A stretch of 64,000 nucleotides of DNA from Bacteroidota bacterium (GCA_037128515.1 JBAXWF010000004.1:38319-102318), one strand, 5' to 3'. Positions 27,902 through 36,384 are shown, numbered from the stretch's first letter. A program made the numbers and translations. Notes: a model not told the origin generated them from the sequence alone.

Positions 27902-28935
27902 AAACACACATCAAATCACTTTCGTTAAACGAACTCACAAACTACGCGCTGGCAAACCACCAACCGGCTTTTCGCGCAAAGCAACTCCACGAGTGGATAT
28001 GGAAAAAGCAAGCCCTAGCTTTTGCCGAAATGACCAACATGCCGCAAGACTTCAGGCAAAGCCTGGAAACGGATTATATGATAACTTCGCTGCAAATCAC
28101 CGACGAAAAAGTGTCAGCCGACGGCACCCGAAAATACGCCCTGGCTTTGCCCGACGATTGCATGATCGAAAGTGTACTCATTCCTTCCCAAACACGAATT
28201 ACCGCGTGCATATCCACCCAAGTGGGTTGTGCTTTGGGTTGCCGCTTTTGTGCCACAGGCAACATGAGCATAGTGCGTGATTTGCATTTCACCGAAATTC
28301 ACGACCAAATTATCCTGATGATGAAACTGGCCAGCGAAAAAATGGGTGCCACGCTCCACAACATTGTGGTGATGGGCATGGGCGAACCCTTGCTAAACTT
28401 GGATAACACCTTGGCAGCCCTCAACAAAATTTCCGACAAAGCCCTGCTCAACTTCTCCCCACAGCGCATCACCATTTCAACGGCAGGCATTGTGCCTGCC
28501 ATAAAAAAAATGGCCGACAAAAACGTTCCCTACCATTTGGCAATTTCCCTTCATTCGGCTATCGAGCAAAAGCGCAAACAATTAATGCCCATAGCCAACA
28601 AGTATCCGCTACTCATGCTCATCGATGCGCTCAAACATTATTATGCCAAAACCGCCAACCGCATCACCATCGAATATATACTGTTCGAGGGCCTAAACGA
28701 TGCCCCGGAAGATGCTGCGGCTTTGGCCAACTTTTGTCGCAATTTCCCCGTCAAGGTCAACGTGATACACTACAACCCAACCGCCAACCAAGGCTTTAAA
28801 AACAGCAACCAAATCAACACCAAAAAATTTGTTGAATTTCTGGAAAGTAAAAATTTAGTTGTAAATTTACGCAAAAGTAAAGGCGACGACATACAGGCTG
28901 CCTGCGGACAATTAGTAAAAAACAAAAAACAATAA
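27898..28935 (+). CDS. rlmN: 23S rRNA/tRNA (adenine-C2)-methyltransferase, radical SAM
   Basis: 345 aa with the radical-SAM motif CALGCRFCATG and a C-terminal GDDIQAACGQL. The GTG start overlaps the add stop (GTGA). Confidence 0.9.
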   Translation: MKTHIKSLSLNELTNYALANHQPAFRAKQLHEWIWKKQALAFAEMTNMPQDFRQSLETDYMITSLQITDEKVSADGTRKYALALPDDCMIESVLIPSQTRITACISTQVGCALGCRFCATGNMSIVRDLHFTEIHDQIILMMKLASEKMGATLHNIVVMGMGEPLLNLDNTLAALNKISDKALLNFSPQRITISTAGIVPAIKKMADKNVPYHLAISLHSAIEQKRKQLMPIANKYPLLMLIDALKHYYAKTANRITIEYILFEGLNDAPEDAAALANFCRNFPVKVNVIHYNPTANQGFKNSNQINTKKFVEFLESKNLVVNLRKSKGDDIQAACGQLVKNKKQ

Positions 28936-28939
28936 TCGT

Positions 28940-29488
28940 ATGAATACCAACGATACCACCACCATTACTGTGAGCGATGTGGCAGCAGCCATTCGCAATG
29001 TGCCCGATTTTCCGGTGCCGGGCATTTTGTTCAAAGATATTACTACGGCCATCAAACGCCCCGAAATATTTCGGTTTATGCTCCACACCACTTACGAAAA
29101 ATATAAAGATTTGGGCATAACCAAAGTGGCGGGAATCGAATCGCGCGGCTTTATTTTGGGTGGCGCACTGGCCGCCAAACTCAACGCAGGCTTTGTGCCC
29201 ATTCGCAAACCGGGCAAACTGCCCGCGCCCACCTTTTCCAAATCTTATAGCCTGGAGTATGGCCAAAACATTTTGCACATTCATCAAGATGCCCTCAACC
29301 AAAACGATGTGGTGCTGCTCCACGACGATTTGCTCGCCACCGGCGGTTCAGCCAAAGCGGCCATCGCACTAATTGAACAATTCAATGTGAAAAAAATTTA
29401 TGTAAACTTTATTTGCGAACTGGCCTTTTTGCACGGAATCAACCAAATTAAAAAAAATTGCGAAGTGTTTTCCTTGGTAACCTTTTAG
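28940..29488 (+). CDS. apt: Adenine phosphoribosyltransferase
   Basis: 182 aa. DFPVPGILFKDIT and the PRPP motif VVLLHDDLLATGGSA. Confidence 0.9.
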   Translation: MNTNDTTTITVSDVAAAIRNVPDFPVPGILFKDITTAIKRPEIFRFMLHTTYEKYKDLGITKVAGIESRGFILGGALAAKLNAGFVPIRKPGKLPAPTFSKSYSLEYGQNILHIHQDALNQNDVVLLHDDLLATGGSAKAAIALIEQFNVKKIYVNFICELAFLHGINQIKKNCEVFSLVTF

Positions 29489-29567
29489 GGCGAACCATCA
29501 GCCAACACACGGGCAAAGCAGCCGCAACAAAAAACGTCAAAAAAGTACATAAAATGATAAACAAATA

Positions 29568-30080
29568 ATGATGAAAATACTCGAGAAAATTGTTGAACGA
29601 TTAATTTATCATAGCCGATGGATTCAAGTACCCATGTATTTGGGCTTAATCGTTGTGGCCATCCTTTATTCTGTAAGGTTTTTAATCGAGTTGTGGCATT
29701 TGTGCACCTCCTTCACCGCCCTAACCGAATCGCAGTTTATGCTGCTGGTCATCGGCCTAATTGATGCTTCCATGGTAATTAATCTTTTAATAATAATCGT
29801 TATTGGAGGGTATTGGGCTTTCGTTAGCAAAATTGATGTTGAAGACGACAAAGACTTTGAGCAATTCAGCTATCTCGGAAAAATATCGCCAAGCACACTA
29901 AAAATAAAATTGGTTGTATCCTTAATCAGCATTTCCGGCGTTCATTTATTAGAAGTGTTTTTACGAGCCGAAGATTTGCCCCTGCAAAGTGTCGTTCTTA
30001 AAATTGCCATACATTTAGTATTTCTTATCTCAGCCGTTATGTTAGCCTATACCGACAAATTGCTAGGCACAAAACACTAA
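29568..30080 (+). CDS. YqhA/UPF0114 family membrane protein
   Basis: 170 aa with four hydrophobic segments. The N-terminus ..LIYHSRWIQVPMYLGLIV.. is typical of the TIGR00645/UPF0114 family (from memory). Confidence 0.6.
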   Translation: MMKILEKIVERLIYHSRWIQVPMYLGLIVVAILYSVRFLIELWHLCTSFTALTESQFMLLVIGLIDASMVINLLIIIVIGGYWAFVSKIDVEDDKDFEQFSYLGKISPSTLKIKLVVSLISISGVHLLEVFLRAEDLPLQSVVLKIAIHLVFLISAVMLAYTDKLLGTKH

Positions 30081-30340
30081 AAAACACCTATTTTAAACAA
30101 ACCGAACACCCCACAGTTCAACAGGGGCCACACACTACTGTATACAAATCAAACCGCAGCCCCCCCAAAGTCGAGTCGATTTTTTTCTTACAACATAACC
30201 CGCGCAAATCCTCCCCATCCTAACAAATCAATGTCCAATCCTCCATGCCCAGCTGCTTTCTCAGAATCTCCATGCTGGTTTGCGCCATAAGCACTTGGCT
30301 AATTCCTGCAATAATAAATAATGCAAGTAGTATGTCCCAA

Positions 30341-31111
30341 TTATTTATTTGGATTATTTATCTCAAGCACATCACTTTTTATTGAATCCTTGTATAATTC
30401 ATAACCCAGAATGGTTTTAGGATAATTAATTATACAACTATCAATTTGGTTTTTTAAACTAGTTGTTGGATTATTGTTTTGTTTAAGGTAATATAAATCC
30501 CTGAAGTTATTTGGATAAACAAATTGTATCTGTTCCAAATCTATATTCCAATGCATAATAATTACTTCCTTTGCAGGAATAAACAAACAATGCATATTCC
30601 GCAATATAGAATGTTTTATCTCACGGTCAAGTTGGTTAGTATCTGCAAATTCTGATTCTGTTTCAAATGATAACCGACCATAATGATGATTAAAAGCAAA
30701 AGTTCTGTATAAAGGAGAAATATGATAAAATAGCTCATTAGCAACCTTTAATCTAAAATTATCATCTTCATAAACCGGACCACGATAGCTCTTTCCACAA
30801 TTGCACTGTTTATCATTTTTACTTAAATTATCTAGCATGGATAATCCGCTATCAGCATGTGGAATGGCACCATAAGCATCATCCATTGCGTCATAAATAG
30901 TTCCATTATATTCTTTCTTTACATTAAAAAACCAAGAACCCGGCGATAGATATATATTCCGATCTTGGTTGTTTTTTATGGATAGACATAACGCTAAGAT
31001 TTTATTATTAATATGCTTTGTTATCCTAACGCAGATAGACTTATTTTTACATTGATTATTATATGCAGTTAAGAAAAAGAGTGCAAATAATATTAAAATA
31101 AAACGTTTCAT
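30341..31111 (-). CDS. Secreted hypothetical protein (island gene A)
   Basis: Signal peptide MKRFILILFALFFLTAYN begins at Met39 of the 294-aa ORF. The 38 upstream codons fall inside the repeated GC-rich module and are unlikely to be part of a secreted protein. Confidence 0.6.
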   Translation of the reverse strand: MKRFILILFALFFLTAYNNQCKNKSICVRITKHINNKILALCLSIKNNQDRNIYLSPGSWFFNVKKEYNGTIYDAMDDAYGAIPHADSGLSMLDNLSKNDKQCNCGKSYRGPVYEDDNFRLKVANELFYHISPLYRTFAFNHHYGRLSFETESEFADTNQLDREIKHSILRNMHCLFIPAKEVIIMHWNIDLEQIQFVYPNNFRDLYYLKQNNNPTTSLKNQIDSCIINYPKTILGYELYKDSIKSDVLEINNPNK

Positions 31112-31120
31112 AATATCCTC

Positions 31121-31291
31121 CCCTGATGGCGCGCGTTGCACCCACCGTTTACGCGCGTCACCCGACGCGTGCAGTGGTTTCTCATGCGCCATGTCAATCG
31201 TTTCAATAATTTTTTCTTGCATCATTTTACGGTAATCACTTCGCTCGAAATGAATATAAAATTCAGCAAACTACTTAACTCAACATAATTT
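31121..31291 (-). repeat. GC-rich leader module, copy 1 (171 bp)
   Basis: Aligns without gaps to 32240-32410 with 12 mismatches by hand count. It ends 10 nt upstream of the gene A start. Contains the palindromic cores ACGCGT and CGCGCG. Confidence 0.9.
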
Positions 31292-31361
31292 ATCAGTTGT
31301 TTTATATTTTTCCGACAGTTACAACAAAATTAATACATTTTTTATTCTTTTCTTACATTGT

Positions 31362-31439
31362 CGCGCATGAGCTATTACAAAATGTACGCGTTACAAACGC
31401 GCGCAAACATTTGTGAAACGCGCGCCATCAAGGAAGCTT
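31362..31439 (+). repeat. Degenerate inverted copy of the GC-rich part of the module
   Basis: The reverse complement of 31121-31190 aligns to cgcgcatgag..tgtacgcgt..acgcgcgcaaac..aacgcgcgccatcaagg. The cores are conserved and many G/C positions have become A/T. It lies 26 nt downstream of the gene B stop. Confidence 0.7.
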
Positions 31440-31464
31440 ATGATTATAAATATTATTATCGTTT

Positions 31465-32211
31465 TCATTTTTTTAAATGTTTATTGTAAGGAATAATTGG
31501 AATTTTCACACCATAAAGTAGGTTTAAATGATAGCTTCTTTTAAGATTAAAATGAATGAAATCGTCAAATCCAACATATACCATCGGAGATATTTTCTTA
31601 AATTTGATAGTATAAGAAATTATTATTTCAGGAAAAAAAACCTGTTGATTGAAATTTCCACTAAAAACAGTTATGAATTCATCATTTTCAATGCTTTTAT
31701 TGCCCTTCAGACTATGTTTAGTTTTTCGTTCAAATGTAGCCAAAGGTATTTTTGCACCGATGAAAAATCCGAATTGTTTATAAGAATATCCAAAAGAGAG
31801 ATTTATTTCAAAATTATTTTTGTGTATGTCAAATTTGGAAATTGTATCATATCCTATGTGATAATCTTTAAACTTTGCTAAATTAGCACTATCGCTTTCA
31901 TAAGCAAACCGCCGATCATTATAGAATAGTCCACAGGTAAAAACATATTTGTTTTTTAAAGTAAATTGATAATCCATCCCCACATAAAAATTACTTATCA
32001 TTAGGTGATAATAGCCAATATACGGAAAACCAAGATTGACCTTATGTCCAATATTTGTATCCGGCATAATATATCTGCTACCTAAAAAACAACTTGATTG
32101 ACCTCCAATATTAAAATAGACCTGATGCTTAGGAATACTATCTTTTTGGGCCGATGATTTAAAACAATATAAGCTACTTAGAAATAGAAAAAAAAGAAAA
32201 ATCTTCTTCAT
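31465..32211 (-). CDS. Probable outer-membrane beta-barrel protein (island gene B)
   Basis: 248 aa. Signal peptide MKKIFLFFLFLSSLYCFKSSAQ. Alternating hydrophobic/aromatic strands with Y/F/G-rich turns, as in small OMP beta-barrels. No specific family recognised. Confidence 0.6.
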   Translation of the reverse strand: MKKIFLFFLFLSSLYCFKSSAQKDSIPKHQVYFNIGGQSSCFLGSRYIMPDTNIGHKVNLGFPYIGYYHLMISNFYVGMDYQFTLKNKYVFTCGLFYNDRRFAYESDSANLAKFKDYHIGYDTISKFDIHKNNFEINLSFGYSYKQFGFFIGAKIPLATFERKTKHSLKGNKSIENDEFITVFSGNFNQQVFFPEIIISYTIKFKKISPMVYVGFDDFIHFNLKRSYHLNLLYGVKIPIIPYNKHLKK

Positions 32212-32239
32212 TATTATTTAGAATTATCAAGTTTATTAA

Positions 32240-32410
32240 CCCTGATGGCGCGCGTTGCACCCATCGTTTGCGCGCGTCTCCCGACGCGTGCAGTGGTTTC
32301 TCATGCGCCACGATAATCGTTTCAATTATTTTTTCTTGCATCATTTTACGGTTATCACTTCGCTCGAAATGAATATAACATTCAGCAAACTAATTAACTC
32401 AGCACAATTT
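32240..32410 (-). repeat. GC-rich leader module, copy 2 (171 bp)
   Basis: See copy 1. It ends 29 nt upstream of the gene B start at 32211. Confidence 0.9.
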
Positions 32411-32673
32411 CTGGCCGAACTAAATTTTTATTCTTCCAGTTTTAATGCCAAACCTTTTTCTATAAGTAGTAGCCTCTAAAACATGGAGGCACCAAACAAT
32501 TGTAAAGGTAACAAAATGCGCTGAATCGTGTTCAATAATTTTCTATTTTTCTGACATGCGTTTAACCTAATATGATATTTTGCTGTGCACCCGTCGTGAG
32601 ATGCCCGTAGCTTAAAAATAATCCTTTCCGCACAAATCCTCCCCATCCTCCTTTCCGCCATAGCACCCCCCAC

Positions 32674-33360
32674 TCACTCCAAACCGCAATTCACAGCAAA
32701 TCGTGTAACTTCTGCCACAGTGTGCACACCCAAAATATCAAAAATCGATTGACGTATAGAACGGATAGTATTTTTTGCCAAAAACATCTTTTCCCCAATC
32801 TGCCCACTGGTCAATCCCTTGCTCATGTGTATTATTATCTCCAAATGGCGAGAATTTAATTTACTCAAAATCGGTTCGTTTATTATCCTAAAATTTTCAA
32901 CAAGCATGGCCTGCAGATTTTCAATTTTCAAAATCGGCAAACCAATATTTATAATAGTACCACGTATCATAGTCGGTTTGCGCTTCAAATTGTGTTCCAC
33001 CACCCAAGCAGTTATATAAATCCAATTCCATTGCCCATCCGGGTTTCTAAAATGATAACCCGCACCAATATCATTTTGGCAATACTGCAACTTTTCCAAG
33101 CCATTTTTCACAATATGGCAATCCACTTCCCTAAAATAAGTATTCACAAAATCGCAATTCAGCTCATAATATTCATTGGTTTTCAATCCAAATTTTTCAG
33201 CCGCCGCACAATTAAACTGCACACAAACGCGACCATTCAAAACAATTAAAAAATGTAAATCATTGATTTTGTTATTCAAAAATCGAGTTATGTCCACTCC
33301 GTGTCCATCTTCAAATGCCTCTTTTTTATAAGGCAACAGCGGTCTAAAATTATTTTCCAT
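32674..33360 (-). CDS. LuxR-family transcriptional regulator with N-terminal sensory (PAS-like?) region
   Basis: 228 aa. The C-terminal HTH LSKLNSRHLEIIIHMSKGLTSGQIGEKMFLAKNTIRSIRQSIFDILGV fits the LuxR/GerE type. The N-terminal ~150 aa are unassigned. Confidence 0.75.
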   Translation of the reverse strand: MENNFRPLLPYKKEAFEDGHGVDITRFLNNKINDLHFLIVLNGRVCVQFNCAAAEKFGLKTNEYYELNCDFVNTYFREVDCHIVKNGLEKLQYCQNDIGAGYHFRNPDGQWNWIYITAWVVEHNLKRKPTMIRGTIINIGLPILKIENLQAMLVENFRIINEPILSKLNSRHLEIIIHMSKGLTSGQIGEKMFLAKNTIRSIRQSIFDILGVHTVAEVTRFAVNCGLE

Positions 33361-33420
33361 ATCTTTTTAATAAGTAGTGTTAATAAATCTACAAAAATAT
33401 AATTTTCACAAATAGAATAA

Positions 33421-33440
33421 AAAGATGCATTTGCATCTTT
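33421..33440. promoter_or_regulatory. 20-bp palindrome AAAGATGCA-TT-TGCATCTTT
   Basis: Perfect 9-bp arms with a 2-nt centre, 61 nt upstream of the LuxR-family start in the divergent intergenic region. Confidence 0.4.
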
Positions 33441-33461
33441 TATGCCCCTACCTAAAAAGTA

Positions 33462-33469
33462 TAAATTTG
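33462..33469 (+). promoter_or_regulatory. -7 box TAaaTTTG facing the 21-bp repeat array
   Basis: Matches TAnnTTTG, 35 nt before the ATG at 33504. Transcription from here would run through the repeat array into 33933-35105. Confidence 0.35.
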
Positions 33470-33590
33470 AAAAATAAAAAAATCAAAAACCACTTTCACC
33501 CAAATGCAAAAAACACACCCAATAAATCACCACAGTAGCCACATTTTCAATACCGTTTCCGGAAATTTGGCCTATAATAATGCATTCCGG

Positions 33591-33842
33591 GCACCTCTTT
33601 CACCCAAACAGTCACCTCCTTCACCCAAATTGGCACCTCTTTCACCCACACAAGCACGTGTTTCACCCACACAAGCACCTCTTTCATCAATAGGAGCACG
33701 TCATGCACCCACACAAGCACCTCTTTCATCCAAATTGGAACGTCATCCACCCACAAAGGCACGTGTTTTATCAATATACGCACCTCTTTCACCAAAACAG
33801 GCATCGCATTCACCAAAACCAGCACCGCTTTCACTTTTCTGC
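33591..33842 (+). repeat. Tandem array of 12 x 21 bp (consensus about GCACCTCTTTCACCCAmAmAr)
   Basis: The units start at 33591 and recur every 21 nt with no indel. GCAC and TTCACCCA cores are conserved. Positions 5-10 vary (ctcttt, gtgttt, gtcatg/gtcatc) and so do positions 17-21. A partial unit lies at 33491-33505. Confidence 0.9.
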
Positions 33843-33932
33843 CCCGCTCAGCCTATTTTTTCATTCCGTAATCCTTCATCAAATCATTTCATAAACCACA
33901 AACCACAATTTATAAATTAAAATAACCACACC

Positions 33933-35105
33933 ATGAAAGCAACAGACAAACTCCACCTCAATTCCTTATACAATGTAGAAGTCGTATGCGAAGAAAACGA
34001 TGCAGCACTCCTCCTCATCCCCGAAGCCACCGTCGAACGCACCAACCTTCACAACTTCATTGTCAAACTCGAAGCCGCCAAAGCCATCAATGTGGCCGAT
34101 CTAACCTATTTGGCAATCGACAAAATGGCAGCCCAAATCGATATGCTCACCACAGTCAAAAAATACATGTATCGCGGCGCAGTCAAAGCCAACCAACTCA
34201 ACAAACCCAAAATCGAAGCAGCACTCAACAAAAAACCAACCTATTTCGTTTCAAACGACGATGCAACCATCGCCAACAAAGCCGAAGAAGTCAAAGAAAT
34301 GCTAAAAAACAACACCACCCTCCTCGTCAACATCCTTCCCGCCAACATCACCGAAATGGAAACCAAAATCCAAGCCTATCGCGATGTGCTCCTCTTGCCA
34401 CAACAAGCCATCGATAAACGAAAAACCACCGGCTCCATGATCATTAAAGAACTCGTCAAAGAATCCCTAATCCCCAAAAACAATATCGTCAAACTATTCT
34501 ATTCCTACATTTCCGAACAAACCAATGTCATCAACGAAGCCGCCCGCATCGGCAAACCGCAGGGCTCTCGCCACCTTTCCATTGCCGTTTCTTACACAGA
34601 AGCCGATACCGGCGTCCGCCTCAAAAACGTAAAAACCACCGTCACCAACGGCATCAAAACCTTCATTAAATATAGCTCCAAACGCGGAGGGGCACAATTC
34701 TATAGCCTCGATAACGACAACTACACAATCACCTCCGAGCGCGAAACCTTCATCACCAACGTTCAAACCCCAGTCGGAGTCGATGAAACCCACGTCGCAC
34801 GTTTCAAAATCATTCTCAAAAAAGAATCAAGCCCAGCCAACGATCCCGAAAAAACAACCGGATTCTACAACATCATTGTCTACGACCAGGAAACCAACCA
34901 ACCCCTGCCCGGCGTCCAGGTCTCTTTCCCCACCATACAGTATGTCGAAACCACCGACGAAGACGGCGAAAACTTCCAAGACACACTCCAACCAGCCACC
35001 CTAGCCGGAACACTTTACCTCGATGGCTACAAACAGCAAAACATCACCCTCATCATCCAAGCCGGAAAAGAAACCAAAGGCCAATTCTACCTCGAAAAAG
35101 AATAA
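33933..35105 (+). CDS. Hypothetical protein, helical N-half plus two beta-sandwich (CarboxypepD_reg-like?) C-terminal modules (island gene C)
   Basis: 390 aa with no signal peptide. The C-terminus GFYNIIVYDQETNQPLPGVQVSF...TDEDGENF...LDGYKQQNITL resembles carboxypeptidase-regulatory-like folds. Strong NNC codon bias. Followed by a clean terminator. Confidence 0.7.
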   Translation: MKATDKLHLNSLYNVEVVCEENDAALLLIPEATVERTNLHNFIVKLEAAKAINVADLTYLAIDKMAAQIDMLTTVKKYMYRGAVKANQLNKPKIEAALNKKPTYFVSNDDATIANKAEEVKEMLKNNTTLLVNILPANITEMETKIQAYRDVLLLPQQAIDKRKTTGSMIIKELVKESLIPKNNIVKLFYSYISEQTNVINEAARIGKPQGSRHLSIAVSYTEADTGVRLKNVKTTVTNGIKTFIKYSSKRGGAQFYSLDNDNYTITSERETFITNVQTPVGVDETHVARFKIILKKESSPANDPEKTTGFYNIIVYDQETNQPLPGVQVSFPTIQYVETTDEDGENFQDTLQPATLAGTLYLDGYKQQNITLIIQAGKETKGQFYLEKE

Positions 35106-35128
35106 CCACCAAAGCCCCACACCAAAAA

Positions 35129-35155
35129 GGGGCGGAGTTCACTCCGCCCCTTTTT
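35129..35155 (+). terminator. Rho-independent terminator
   Basis: Stem ggggcggag/ctccgcccc with loop ttca and a T5 run, 24 nt after the stop at 35105. Confidence 0.85.
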
Positions 35156-35396
35156 ATTATTTAAATCCCTTGCTATTAGCTATAGGCAAAAAACCCAACC
35201 TTCAAAAAACACACCGCTCCATCCTCCCCCCAAAACCTCCCTTTCCCAATCCCATCAAGCCTTTCACCACGCAGTCCTAAAATCAAAAACCGAAAAACAA
35301 AAAATAAACCGCAAAAAGGCATAGTATCTAAAAAAATAGTCATAAATTTGGTTATTATAATTCATCGAAACCCATGCAAAACAAACCCACATCAAT

Positions 35397-36125
35397 ATGA
35401 AAAAATATAAAATAAACGAAGTGGATATCGGTATCTTTTTGGAAGACAACCAGCAGCTCCTGCCCGAAAGCATTCAAAAAATGGTCCACAATTATCACAC
35501 CACCCTCCAAATTATTATAGGCATCGCCGACGATGCCTATGGCCAACTCTCCGACAAACTAGACGATTTGTTTTTCAAACAATATCCTTCAATACTAGTA
35601 AACAGCAACAACCAATTGCCCATAGAGGTGCTAATGGTTGCGGAAGATGCGGCTTGGTTCATGCCAATAAGAACCTACAAACTTATTATGGATCAAAAAG
35701 CGGGCTTGGATGTGTGCAAGCTGTATCCCCAATTTAATAAGTGGGCTACCGAGCTAAACTCAGCCCAAAAACCCATAGATGAAAAAGGCAAAAGCAAATC
35801 TGCCCTTTTGCAAATAAAATACGATGCCAAGCGCAAAAAAGAATTTATGCAGCTGGTCGAAAAAATGCTGCTCTACCAATTTCCCGCCATAGCCAATTTT
35901 AATACCAACGAACAAATAGTTTACAAAGCCCTGCTCAACCAACAATATGCCCAATACAAAGCCGATGCCGAACGCATGCAACTATTGTACGATTGTGGCT
36001 TTAGCAATGACGATATTAAGCTTTCAAAAACCGCCATCCTTAAAAAAATGAAACAACTCTCGCCCCAAAAACAAGCCGAAATCAAAGCACTTGAAGCACG
36101 ACGGAGGCAGGGCGAAAAAATTTAG
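35397..36125 (+). CDS. Hypothetical protein (island gene D)
   Basis: 242 aa, no signal peptide, mostly helical with a basic C-terminus (..KALEARRRQGEKI). A TAaaTTTG box lies at 35343-35350. No family recognised. Confidence 0.6.
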   Translation: MKKYKINEVDIGIFLEDNQQLLPESIQKMVHNYHTTLQIIIGIADDAYGQLSDKLDDLFFKQYPSILVNSNNQLPIEVLMVAEDAAWFMPIRTYKLIMDQKAGLDVCKLYPQFNKWATELNSAQKPIDEKGKSKSALLQIKYDAKRKKEFMQLVEKMLLYQFPAIANFNTNEQIVYKALLNQQYAQYKADAERMQLLYDCGFSNDDIKLSKTAILKKMKQLSPQKQAEIKALEARRRQGEKI

Positions 36126-36384
36126 GAAACCCCCGTGGCAAAAGTTTATAAAGGTGCTATTATTTCATAGCAACATGCATTAAGCTGCGGTTCAAAACAG
36201 TTTTAGTAAACAGGTCGCGCTAAGCCGTCCCAACATTTTTTGTCGGGGCATGTCAAAGCGCGAAATGGGACCTGCCAGCCAAAAATATCAACGCAGCTGC
36301 AATCCACTTCAACACGGTTTTCTTTTAATAGCGCATTAATTCAAATAATAAATTGGTAACCTTGTAATCAACAAACTACACAAG

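Noticed and set aside
31112-31225. 38-codon N-terminal extension of gene A (ORF track start at 31225)
   Set aside because: It would place 38 hydrophilic residues in front of a classical signal peptide. The same sequence also occurs upstream of gene B, out of frame with it. It therefore belongs to the repeat module rather than to protein A.
30205-32649. Exact 17-mer CAAATCCTCCCCATCCT at 30205-30221 and 32633-32649, each downstream of a minus-strand gene
   Set aside because: It is real but short. A single 17-nt coincidence in 64 kb of biased sequence is not far from chance expectation. The flanks diverge immediately, and small ORFs through it share only RMGRICA.
33591-33842. CRISPR array
   Set aside because: The units are contiguous 21-mers with no unique spacers. 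The unit is shorter than typical CRISPR repeats. No cas genes are present in the window.
33504-33920. ORFs across the 21-bp array (33504-33920 +, 33703-33894 +, 33547-33834 -) as annotated CDSs
   Set aside because: I did not call these as features because several frames on both strands stay open simply as a consequence of the repeat. Nothing in the sequence discriminates between them. The coding possibility is kept as a hypothesis in the finding.
33480-35300. A+C strand bias as proof of horizontal transfer
   Set aside because: A similar coding-strand A+C richness is visible in clearly native genes here (pbpC, add, rlmN, apt). Composition alone does not mark the segment as foreign.
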